Shown here: piece by piece, positions 1 to 7,642 of the stretch | Numbering within the stretch: position 1 is the first letter of the stretch | Layout of the letters: each line of letters begins with the position of its first letter | Source of the DNA: Candidatus Omnitrophota bacterium | Lineage (GTDB): Bacteria > Omnitrophota > Gorgyraeia > JABMRN01 > RBG-13-46-9 | Direction: 5' to 3' | DNA: 43,652 bases | Assembly: GCA_016782425.1 (NCBI GenBank) | Contig: JADHYN010000008.1 | Span: 1-43,652 of the forward strand | Made by a program: the position numbers and the translations under genes | Notes under the pieces: model-generated | What the model saw: only the letters and a program-made list of their open reading frames with translations | Database searches by the model: none | Told to the model about the DNA's origin: nothing

Positions 1-43
1 TAGCGCTTGCTAAACTACTTGCCAAATATATCACTTAAAGATA

Positions 44-2275
44 ATGATACAATTATACGGTCTATCAAACCTAATTGGCGCTGTAACTAATTCAACCATA
101 GCTTTATTTGTTTATTTTAAAGGGCGCCATAGTAAGCTTTCTAAAATATGGGCGTTTTTTACTTTTTGCGTTGCCATCTATGGATTTGGCGCATATATGG
201 CGGTTACAGCGCAGAATTATGATTCGGCGTTTTTCTGGTGGCAGGTATCATATGTAGGCGTTATTCTTTTACCAGCTCTTTTCCTGCACTTTGTCCTTTC
301 CTTTCTCGAAATAAAAAAACCGATTCTGCTTAATGTAGTTTACGTAATTACATTTTTGATTTGGATAGCAAACATAGTTAGCAAAAATTTATTCATAGGA
401 CACGTAAGTTTGCTTTTTACCGATTCTAGAATTTATAAACCTGCTTGGTGGGTTTACCCTCCAGGACCACTTCATATTTTTCATACCCTCATACTTTATT
501 TTGGATTATTAACTTATGCAATGATTCTTTTAATAAAATCTTATCGTAGTGCAAGTCGATTTAAACAAAACCAAATTAAATATTTCTCTATCGCAATGAT
601 CTTGGGATTTGCTGGAGGAGGGACATCGTATTTACCTTGCTTTGGCATAAATCTATATCCAGTTTTCAATATAACGGTACCGCTGTATACATTTATAATT
701 GCCTATACTATTATTCGCCACCAACTTATGGATATATCTGTAGTCATAAAGAAGACTCTCGTTTTTGCGAGCCTGTTTGCAATAGTCTTAGGAATATTTA
801 TCGGTATAACACTAATAACTCAAGAATTGATCGTAGGTGGTAAGATTTTAGGTTTGGCGATAAGTTCAATAATTATCATTTTTGCCGTGCGACCGCTGGA
901 AGATTTTCTTGTAAAAGTAACCGATAAGTATCTGTTCCAAAAAAAGTATGATTATAAACAGATTCTCAAATCCTTTATTGATGAAGTTATTACCGTATTA
1001 AGCCTTGACAGAATACTTGAGAGCACAATCGATTTGCTTAACAAAACGCTTCATCCGAAAAACGTAGACATTCTACTTTTTAATAAACATGAGGATAAAT
1101 ATGTTTCATATAAGGCTATCAAACGCAACGAAATTCTTACAGTGGGAAACGATGCGCAGCTTATACTGCTTCTAAAGTCTACAAATGAGATTATATCTAT
1201 GGAGAGTAGTGAATATCTTAGCAATAAGAGCTTAACAAAAGAAATGGAGAAACTGAAAGCCGAACTTATTATTCCACTAACGCTAAATGATGACTTAATT
1301 GGAGTTATGATTTTAGGTAAGAAAAAATCAGATGAAGAGTATAATAAAGAAGATATCGATATATTAACTGACCTTGCGCGTACGGAAGCTATTGCTATAA
1401 AAAATTCCCAAGTGCTAAACGAGCTAGCCGAACAAAAAAAAGTAGCTGATCTGGGGAAGATGATGTCTTTTCTGAGCCATAATATTAATAATCATCTGGG
1501 AAGAGCGCGTAACAGACTCCAAACAATTATGTATACGGAAGATGTTGTTAATAAATTGAAAGACGAAAACCTTTCCTATGACAAACGGAAAGATATTGCT
1601 GAAAAACTATCGCAGCATCTGGATTTAGTAGATAAATATATAGAAGCTAGCGCCTCTGTCGTTAAAAAAGCTAGGGATTTCGCGAAGCCTTCCCAAGGCG
1701 CTTTTGCCTCACTTAACGTAGAAAAGTCTCTTAATACGGCTATAGATATGGTTAAGGAGCTTAAATACAAAAAAAGCGTACGACAGATACCCATTTATCT
1801 TGAAATCGAAAAAGGAATTCCTGGAGCCAATGCGAAAGAAGAAGATTTAAGAGAGGTTACTATAGCAATTCTCGATAATGCGATGGATGCAATAAGGATG
1901 AAAGAGCTTCAATTGGGAAAAGATGAGTCCGATAATGTAAAGGTAAAAGTGGCACATTTAAAAAACGCAAACCAAATAGAGATAAGATTTATAGATACCG
2001 GCATAGGCATTAAACCCGAAGATAAAGAATCTATATTTTTGCCTTATTTTACAACCAAAGGATCCAGCGCTCTTTATGAAAGTTTTGCCAGAAGAAAAGA
2101 AATCGAAAGCGGTAATAGCCAGGAAGATAAGGTAGTAGGCACCGGCCTGGGCCTCGATCTTGTAAAAAACCTTGTAGAAAATCTCATGAAAGGTTCAATG
2201 CGGATCGAAAGCGAATATAAAAAAGGAGCTACTTTTATAGTTAATATTCCGGTATGGTCGGAGACAAGAATATGA
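44..2275 (+). CDS. Membrane sensor histidine kinase (HisKA_7TM-like N-terminus, GAF-like region, DHp, HATPase_c)
   Basis: ~290-aa multi-TM N-terminus; GAF-like LIIPL..LIGVMILGKKKS..YNKEDIDIL; H-box LSHNINNHL; N-box ILDNAMDA; G1 DTGIGI; F-box FLPYFTTK; G2 GTGLGL. Confidence 0.95.
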   Translation: MIQLYGLSNLIGAVTNSTIALFVYFKGRHSKLSKIWAFFTFCVAIYGFGAYMAVTAQNYDSAFFWWQVSYVGVILLPALFLHFVLSFLEIKKPILLNVVYVITFLIWIANIVSKNLFIGHVSLLFTDSRIYKPAWWVYPPGPLHIFHTLILYFGLLTYAMILLIKSYRSASRFKQNQIKYFSIAMILGFAGGGTSYLPCFGINLYPVFNITVPLYTFIIAYTIIRHQLMDISVVIKKTLVFASLFAIVLGIFIGITLITQELIVGGKILGLAISSIIIIFAVRPLEDFLVKVTDKYLFQKKYDYKQILKSFIDEVITVLSLDRILESTIDLLNKTLHPKNVDILLFNKHEDKYVSYKAIKRNEILTVGNDAQLILLLKSTNEIISMESSEYLSNKSLTKEMEKLKAELIIPLTLNDDLIGVMILGKKKSDEEYNKEDIDILTDLARTEAIAIKNSQVLNELAEQKKVADLGKMMSFLSHNINNHLGRARNRLQTIMYTEDVVNKLKDENLSYDKRKDIAEKLSQHLDLVDKYIEASASVVKKARDFAKPSQGAFASLNVEKSLNTAIDMVKELKYKKSVRQIPIYLEIEKGIPGANAKEEDLREVTIAILDNAMDAIRMKELQLGKDESDNVKVKVAHLKNANQIEIRFIDTGIGIKPEDKESIFLPYFTTKGSSALYESFARRKEIESGNSQEDKVVGTGLGLDLVKNLVENLMKGSMRIESEYKKGATFIVNIPVWSETRI

Positions 2276-2637
2276 TAAAAGTACTACTTGTAGATGACGA
2301 TCCAGAAATGAGAACCTGCGTAGGCGGGTTTCTTAAATCAAGAGGCTTTCAAGTAAGTGATGCCAAAACAGGGGAAGAAGCTATTAAATTGGTAAAAGAA
2401 GAGTCCCCTGATAGCGTACTTCTTGATATACATCTATCACAGGGCATAAGCGGAATAGATGTACTTAAACAAATAAAAGAAATCAATCAAAATATAAAAG
2501 TTTTGATGGTTACGGGATTTATAGATCACGAAAAAGAAGCCGAATGTATGAACCTTGGCGCGAACGGATATATAATGAAGCCGATAAACTTCCCCGAATT
2601 AGACAATACGTTGAGAAACAGTATAGGTAAACGCTAA
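2272..2637 (+). CDS. Single-domain response regulator (receiver only)
   Basis: KVLLVDDD, LLDIHL..SG, VTG, KP; ATG at 2272 overlaps the kinase stop (ATGA). Confidence 0.93.
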   Translation: MIKVLLVDDDPEMRTCVGGFLKSRGFQVSDAKTGEEAIKLVKEESPDSVLLDIHLSQGISGIDVLKQIKEINQNIKVLMVTGFIDHEKEAECMNLGANGYIMKPINFPELDNTLRNSIGKR

Positions 2638-3104
2638 TGGCAGACTTAGAAAGACTATCTCCGATTCGCGAATTGTTCCATACGTTTATAAGTAAAGTAA
2701 CAAGCCTACAAACTGTTGCATATTTTTTTGCGTATCAACTCAAGGAAGTCTTACGTAATGGTAAAGTTAGCCAACACGTCAACAAAGACATAAAAACAAC
2801 GTTAGACAAGATAGAGAATTACTCCGTGCTGGCTAGAGGTATAATGAAAGAAATCAAAGGGGAGATAGCAAAGATGAGCATCTCCGACCGATGTAAACCT
2901 TTTATCGATTCGATTGAGGAAGCTATAAATAATATTTCTACTCAGATTAAGTGTATTAAAGACACTTATGACAAAACACAGGATTTTGAACATAAAGCCA
3001 ACATTGAGGCTATTGTAGATGAATTCGAAAAGATAGACCCATATTGTCTTACGATCGCGAGTATTTATAGAGACATGAAAGATAAATCCGTTCTGGAGAA
3101 ATAA
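2637..3104 (+). CDS. Hypothetical all-helical protein, possible stand-alone DHp/phosphotransfer protein
   Basis: 155-aa ORF coupled by TAATG; RELFHTFISKVTSL resembles an H-box helix; amphipathic helices; function inferred. Confidence 0.6.
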   Translation: MADLERLSPIRELFHTFISKVTSLQTVAYFFAYQLKEVLRNGKVSQHVNKDIKTTLDKIENYSVLARGIMKEIKGEIAKMSISDRCKPFIDSIEEAINNISTQIKCIKDTYDKTQDFEHKANIEAIVDEFEKIDPYCLTIASIYRDMKDKSVLEK

Positions 3105-3117
3105 GAGGATAAAAACT

Positions 3118-3492
3118 ATGGCAAAAATATTTATAGCCGATAACGAACCCGAAATAAACAGGTCGTTAAAAAGCTTTTTTGGACACCTAGGATATGATAC
3201 TGAAGCTGCGAAAGAGATAAAAAACGCCGATAGCATAGTGAAAGAAGCAAGGCTTTTCAACCCGGATATGGCACTTTTAGACGTCAGAATTAATAAGGTG
3301 CTAAATTTGGAGGTGATAAAACAGATAAAAAATGCAAATAAAGCCATCAAGATAATAGTGATGAGCTCATATATGGGCGATAGCGAAAAAGATACAATAC
3401 ATGAGATATTAACTCACGGAGCAGATAATTATCTTGCAAAACCAATCGACTTAAATGAGCTCATGAATATTGTAAAAGAAAGTTTGGTGTAA
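3118..3492 (+). CDS. Single-domain response regulator, atypical
   Basis: IFIADNE, LLDVRI (phospho-Asp kept, usual MP..DG loop absent), MSS, KP; RBS GAGGA. Confidence 0.9.
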   Translation: MAKIFIADNEPEINRSLKSFFGHLGYDTEAAKEIKNADSIVKEARLFNPDMALLDVRINKVLNLEVIKQIKNANKAIKIIVMSSYMGDSEKDTIHEILTHGADNYLAKPIDLNELMNIVKESLV

Positions 3493-3493
3493 A

Positions 3494-3871
3494 ATGATTA
3501 AAATACTACTTGTAGACGACGAAAAGGGCATAACGGAGGCGTTGCAGGGATTTTTTAAGCAAAGGGGTTTTGCGACAAAAACAGCTAATAGCGGAGAAGA
3601 GGCCCTAAAATCGGTAAAGACCGACAAGCCGGACATCGTGTTTCTTGATATAAGGATGAAGGGCGCGAACGGTCTTGATGTACTCGAACAAATTAAGAAA
3701 ATAGACAATAATATAAAGGTAATAATGCTTACCATTCACGAGGAAAAAGAGATGGTCGAAAAAGCATCTGCTTTAGGCGCCGATGAATACATAACAAAGC
3801 CATTCAGGATAGGGTATTTGGAAGAAGTGGTAATCAAAAAAATACAGGAATTAATGAAGGATAAAAAATGA
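3494..3871 (+). CDS. Single-domain response regulator
   Basis: ILLVDDE, FLDIRMKGANG, MLT, ITKPF. Confidence 0.95.
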   Translation: MIKILLVDDEKGITEALQGFFKQRGFATKTANSGEEALKSVKTDKPDIVFLDIRMKGANGLDVLEQIKKIDNNIKVIMLTIHEEKEMVEKASALGADEYITKPFRIGYLEEVVIKKIQELMKDKK

Positions 3872-4260
3872 CAAAACCGGTTATACTAGTCGTAGACGAC
3901 GAAAAAGACGCGCGTTCAACGATAATCAACTTTCTGGATCAAAGGTATGATTGTGATTTTAAAGAAGCGAATGACGGCGATGAGGCAGTGGCCTTTGTTA
4001 AAGACAAGCCGTGCGACGTTATGTTGCTTGATATCAAAATGCCTAAAAAAAGCGGCATGACTGTCGTTAAAGAAGCAAAGGAGATCAATCCAGAGATCGA
4101 TATATTAATAATATCAGCTTGGGTAAGCGAGGATGTGGCGGAAGAAGCCATGAAATTAGGCGCTACAGATTACGCTATAAAGCCGTTGGATCTCAAAGCC
4201 ATATCATTGAAGTTCGAGAATATATTGAAGAAACGAGGGCAGTGTATCAGTAAGATTTAG
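3868..4260 (+). CDS. Single-domain response regulator
   Basis: ILVVDDE, LLDIKMPKKSG, IISA, IKPL. Confidence 0.95.
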   Translation: MTKPVILVVDDEKDARSTIINFLDQRYDCDFKEANDGDEAVAFVKDKPCDVMLLDIKMPKKSGMTVVKEAKEINPEIDILIISAWVSEDVAEEAMKLGATDYAIKPLDLKAISLKFENILKKRGQCISKI

Positions 4261-4837
4261 GATTCTGTATTATTATCGCGCGCGATTTAATCTTCTTTGA
4301 AGGGTTTTCGAAATGATGGGGGATATTGCTGGCAAAAGATAGCGTATCTCCCTTTTTTATAAGATGTTTTTCCTGCCCAATATGGCATAAAACCTCACCC
4401 TGCAATACAATAACGAGTTTTTCAAATCTGTCGATTCCTACAGGGTCTTCCTCCAGTTTTGTAGCTCCTCCCGGTGTAAGGCCAAGTTCCATAGTTAAGA
4501 ATTTTATATTTGACGAGCTTAAAATCTCGGCAATAGCTTTTTCATTATAAAAATACCGGTTCTCCGCTCTCTCTGAATTCTTTATAATTGTAACGATTTT
4601 CGACTCTTCCTGATCCGTGCCCTCTTTTAGTTCTTTAAGCGATATTCCAAGGCCCGTACAAATCTGATATAGGCTTGTTAACCGGATATCCGACCGATAG
4701 CCTTTTTCAAGACGACACAGGCTATAGTAGGTGAGAGCCTTATCTCCGAATATATCGACAAGCTTTTTATGAAACTCTCTCATGCTCAATTTGGCTACGC
4801 GCTTGCGGTAATCGCGGATTTTTTCATACAACTTCAT
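4247..4837 (-). CDS. XRE-family HTH transcriptional regulator with C-terminal cupin domain
   Basis: N-terminal KIRDYRK..SLCRLEKG..SLYQICTGLGISL; C-terminal VLQGEV..IKKGDTLSFASNIPHHFENP. Confidence 0.9.
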   Translation of the reverse strand: MKLYEKIRDYRKRVAKLSMREFHKKLVDIFGDKALTYYSLCRLEKGYRSDIRLTSLYQICTGLGISLKELKEGTDQEESKIVTIIKNSERAENRYFYNEKAIAEILSSSNIKFLTMELGLTPGGATKLEEDPVGIDRFEKLVIVLQGEVLCHIGQEKHLIKKGDTLSFASNIPHHFENPSKKIKSRAIIIQNPKSY

Positions 4838-4863
4838 TTAAAAACGCCCCTTTCTCATATGTA

Positions 4864-4892
4864 AGTTTACCAGATGAATGAATATTTGTCAA
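4864..4892 (-). promoter_or_regulatory. Sigma70-type promoter for the XRE gene
   Basis: Minus strand TTGACA-17 nt-TAAACT, ending 27 nt upstream of the start codon. Confidence 0.6.
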
Positions 4893-5042
4893 TAGAAAAT
4901 TGCCTTTTATATATTAAAAATAAAAAACAAGAGCAAATATGCTGACTATTTTATATCTTAATATAAGAGCATAACTCTTTATATTGCAAGTAGTTACGTA
5001 TATTAACTGAATATAATGATTGACCTTTTGCTTTAAGTAAAC

Positions 5043-5070
5043 TTGACAAAAGTCAATTATATGATATACT
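5043..5070 (+). promoter_or_regulatory. Sigma70-type promoter with palindromic operator over the -35
   Basis: TTGACA-16 nt-TATACT with extended -10 TG; perfect inverted repeat TTGAC-AAAA-GTCAA at 5043-5056. Confidence 0.65.
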
Positions 5071-5093
5071 TGATAGTGAAAGGAGAAAAGATC

Positions 5094-5276
5094 ATGGATA
5101 TTCTCGATAACCTCTATATTGTAAGCGTAAAAAATAAACATTTTTTACCACACGCTGTTTTGTTTGTAATCGGAATGATAGCTAAAAGGACGATCAGAGA
5201 GCATGAAAAGGAAGTTGTTAAATACCTTGGAGACAATATACCTTTGAATCTTCTCGATAGGATCAAGAATGTATAG
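5094..5276 (+). CDS. Small hypothetical protein (60 aa)
   Basis: Strong RBS AAAGGAG before ATG 5094, directly downstream of the promoter. Confidence 0.6.
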   Translation: MDILDNLYIVSVKNKHFLPHAVLFVIGMIAKRTIREHEKEVVKYLGDNIPLNLLDRIKNV

Positions 5277-5295
5277 CGATAGGCAGGTGAGCATC

Positions 5296-5499
5296 ATGGA
5301 AAAGGTTAAATGTACAAAATGTGGAAGCATAGGATATACAGCTTCTCCCGGAAGCGTGCGATGCTCAAAATGCGGTGGCCAACACGAGGTCGTAATAATG
5401 ACAAAAGAAAATAATAAACCTATAAAGACCGAATCAATTTCTTACCTGCAGAGCTTATCTGTGGGTAATGAAAACCCGGGCACTTTCTGCCGAGATTAG
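5296..5499 (+). CDS. Small zinc-ribbon protein
   Basis: CTKC..CSKC motif pair; RBS-like AGGTGA; alternative start at 5269. Confidence 0.7.
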   Translation: MEKVKCTKCGSIGYTASPGSVRCSKCGGQHEVVIMTKENNKPIKTESISYLQSLSVGNENPGTFCRD

Positions 5500-5534
5500 T
5501 GCCCGGACCTATATATATGATAAAGAGGTGTGAC

Positions 5535-5783
5535 ATGAAAGTGCTTATAAAAATACGAAACAGCCCCGAGCAGATTTTTCTGGTGGACCTCAAGGGCAAG
5601 ACCCTGATCAAGGATATTAAGGGATATGTTAATGCGAAAAAACTTGATAAGGCAATAGTAGAGACATTGTCTCGGGGAAGATTTGAAAAAGAACTTCGGC
5701 ATGACGAACTGCTATCAGCCAATGCTGATCTGGTCCTTACAAAAAATAATGCTCGCTGGGATATTGTAAAAAACTCAAAGTAA
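5535..5783 (+). CDS. Small basic hypothetical protein (82 aa)
   Basis: RBS GAGGTG before ATG 5535; third gene of an apparent operon. Confidence 0.65.
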   Translation: MKVLIKIRNSPEQIFLVDLKGKTLIKDIKGYVNAKKLDKAIVETLSRGRFEKELRHDELLSANADLVLTKNNARWDIVKNSK

Positions 5784-5785
5784 TA

Positions 5786-5814
5786 TTGTAAAATGATGAA
5801 TCTTCTGGTATACT
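5786..5814 (+). promoter_or_regulatory. Sigma70-type promoter for a leader RNA
   Basis: TTGTAA-17 nt-TATACT with extended -10 TG; predicted start near 5821. Confidence 0.55.
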
Positions 5815-5854
5815 TATAGTGTAAAGCAAGCCACGTGATTGCGGAAACATATAC

Positions 5855-5913
5855 CCAAGACAATATCGACAAAGGGTATGGAAAATGTCGATAAAGTGTC
5901 TTGGTTTTTTTTT
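5855..5913 (+). terminator. Intrinsic terminator in a 5' leader (attenuator-like)
   Basis: CCAAGACA/TGTCTTGG and TATCGACA/TGTCGATA stems followed by T9; lies between promoter and RBS. Confidence 0.75.
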
Positions 5914-5934
5914 GTTTTCAAAGGAGGGTTTTGT

Positions 5935-6003
5935 ATGGGATTAGAGATGTTTTACGCGCTATTACCGTATTTCGGTGTCAAAAATAGGGACACATCCTAT
6001 TAA
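5935..6003 (+). CDS. 22-aa ORF MGLEMFYALLPYFGVKNRDTSY (small peptide or 5' stump of an interrupted gene)
   Basis: Consensus RBS AAGGAGG at 5921-5927; translated by hand; 3' third overlaps the presumed element end. Confidence 0.4.
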   Translation: MGLEMFYALLPYFGVKNRDTSY

Positions 6004-6155
6004 AACTAAAAACTACTCACTTTTTTCTTTCCGGCCGGTATACGCACTGTCCGTCGAGGATTCGCATCATTAAACCCACCCGACGCAACTTTTTTAAAAA
6101 ATAATGCAGCAAAACGGCATTTTCTGCGTCTATATATATGAAGGGGGGTGATTTT

Positions 6156-6521
6156 ATGACCGAAAGCGAATTCTGGTTATTCTTAGAACTTTCAAGAGCG
6201 GGCCGGCAAATTCCGGTTGTTTCAGGTTATGTTGACAGCAATGATGAATCGGTCCAAAAAGCCGGTAAATACATCGGAGGCCATTCGGTATTATTCAAAG
6301 GCCACGATAAATTGCCCATCAATGTGATACATGACATGGGCGGGCTTCTTTTGGCAAGACAAACTTCACACAAAGCAAAAGAAGCTATTTTGATAATACT
6401 TGCTCATCATCCTACGGTAGAGGCTCTTGATATCCTGAAAAGGTACAATCAAAATCCGGACCCCGCGCTGAAGTACATGGCGTACTTCGCCCTGGATGAG
6501 TGCCTAATGTGGAATGAGTAA
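6156..6521 (+). CDS. Hypothetical protein with HEAT-like helical C-terminus
   Basis: RBS GGGGGTGA; KEAILIILAHHPTVEALDILKRY..DPALKYMAYFAL resembles a HEAT/PBS repeat. Confidence 0.65.
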   Translation: MTESEFWLFLELSRAGRQIPVVSGYVDSNDESVQKAGKYIGGHSVLFKGHDKLPINVIHDMGGLLLARQTSHKAKEAILIILAHHPTVEALDILKRYNQNPDPALKYMAYFALDECLMWNE

Positions 6522-6543
6522 CCGATAACAAGAAATAGCATAT

Positions 6544-7503
6544 ATGGCCAGGCCGTTGAGAATAGAATATCCGCATGCCTTTTATCATGTGATACAACGC
6601 GGAATAGAAAGGAAGAGTATCTTTGTTTCTGATAGAGATAAAGAGAAATTCCTTTCTTATATTGAGTCTGCAAATAAATCGCACGCCGCGCTCGTCCATA
6701 CTTATGTGCTGATGAACAATCATTATCACCTTATCCTTGAAACACCCAGGGCTAATCTAGTAAAAATAATGCACTACATTAACGCAAGTTATGCCATTTA
6801 TTTCAATGTTAAACGGAAAAGAATGGGGCCTTTATATCAGGGAAGATATAAGGCGATTCTCGTTCAGGAGGAAGAATATCTTCACCATTTATCTCGATAC
6901 ATTCATCTAAATCCCGTAAGGGCAAAAATCGTAAAAGACCCTATTGATTATAAGTGGAGTAGCTATAAATATTTTGTATCAAATGCTCTCCCGCCTAAAT
7001 GGCTTGTAACAGAACCTATTCTTTCAACGTTTAACGCAAATCCAGGCAAAGCAAAAGCTCTATACAGGGATTTTGTGATCTTTGGCATAGAAGAAGAAAA
7101 ATATAACTTTTTGGATAATTTACGAGAAGGTTACGTATTAGGAAATAGTGACTTTTTTGAAAACATAAAAAGAAAAGTATCGTACCGGAAAGATGAGCCC
7201 GAAATACCTGTTATGCGCAAGATAAAACAGCGTGGTCAACCAAGCCTTGGAAACATCCTAGATATAGTAAAAAATATGGCCGCGGAGAATGCTCGCCTGG
7301 AGAGAAAGCTCGTAATATATCTTGCTAAAACGTACACTGATAATTCATTGCGTAATATTGCGTCTTTTTATGGAAATTTAAAATATAAGACTGTCAGCAA
7401 AATATGTGAGCGTATAAAAAAGTTAAGGCAAAAAGATAAGAAGTTCGATGCCCTGTTAAATCAGATGGAAAAAGCCATAGAAATGTCGAATGTCGAGACC
7501 TGA
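6544..7503 (+). CDS. REP-associated tyrosine transposase (Y1_Tnp, HUH) with C-terminal HTH
   Basis: MARPLRIEYPHAFYHVIQRG, YVLMNNHYHL (HUH), QGRYKA, RYIHLNPVRA, YKWSSY; C-terminal SLRNIASFYG HTH. Confidence 0.93.
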   Translation: MARPLRIEYPHAFYHVIQRGIERKSIFVSDRDKEKFLSYIESANKSHAALVHTYVLMNNHYHLILETPRANLVKIMHYINASYAIYFNVKRKRMGPLYQGRYKAILVQEEEYLHHLSRYIHLNPVRAKIVKDPIDYKWSSYKYFVSNALPPKWLVTEPILSTFNANPGKAKALYRDFVIFGIEEEKYNFLDNLREGYVLGNSDFFENIKRKVSYRKDEPEIPVMRKIKQRGQPSLGNILDIVKNMAAENARLERKLVIYLAKTYTDNSLRNIASFYGNLKYKTVSKICERIKKLRQKDKKFDALLNQMEKAIEMSNVET

Positions 7504-7520
7504 CCCCTTATTCCTCCTTG

Positions 7521-7578
7521 AGGCGGTTTTGTTCCGCCTACGCCAAAGATGAACTTCAAGTAGTTCTGCTTCGGCGGA
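7521..7578. repeat. Nested REP-like palindrome downstream of the RAYT gene
   Basis: TCCGCC(7533)/GGCGGA(7578) outer stem, inner GAACT/AGTTC hairpin, competing AGGCGG/CCGCCT hairpin at 7521-7539. Confidence 0.5.
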
Positions 7579-7642
7579 TATCGCAAAACTTCTTTTCTCG
7601 AGCTCCATTTAGAGGTATAATAAACAACAAAGGGAGCGTTAT

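Larger units (their letters stand above)
5982..7513 (+). mobile_element. Putative RAYT-associated element carrying one passenger gene
   Basis: Y1 transposase whose stop lies in AATGTCGAGACCTGACCCCTTATT; left motif AAATAGGGACACATCC is an imperfect inverted match; boundaries approximate. Confidence 0.45.

Noticed and set aside
2802-3350. 182-aa minus-strand ORF and similar antisense ORFs across the window
   Set aside because: They overlap well-supported + strand genes and carry no recognisable motifs
5821-5913. Known riboswitch (c-di-GMP I/II, fluoride, ZTP) or ANTAR twin hairpin
   Set aside because: Consensus motifs not recognisable by eye; kept as an unclassified leader pending an Rfam search
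6544-7503. IS200/IS605 element with TnpB, or a defence system
   Set aside because: No TnpB/RuvC gene; length and motifs fit a RAYT with C-terminal HTH, not a short IS200 TnpA
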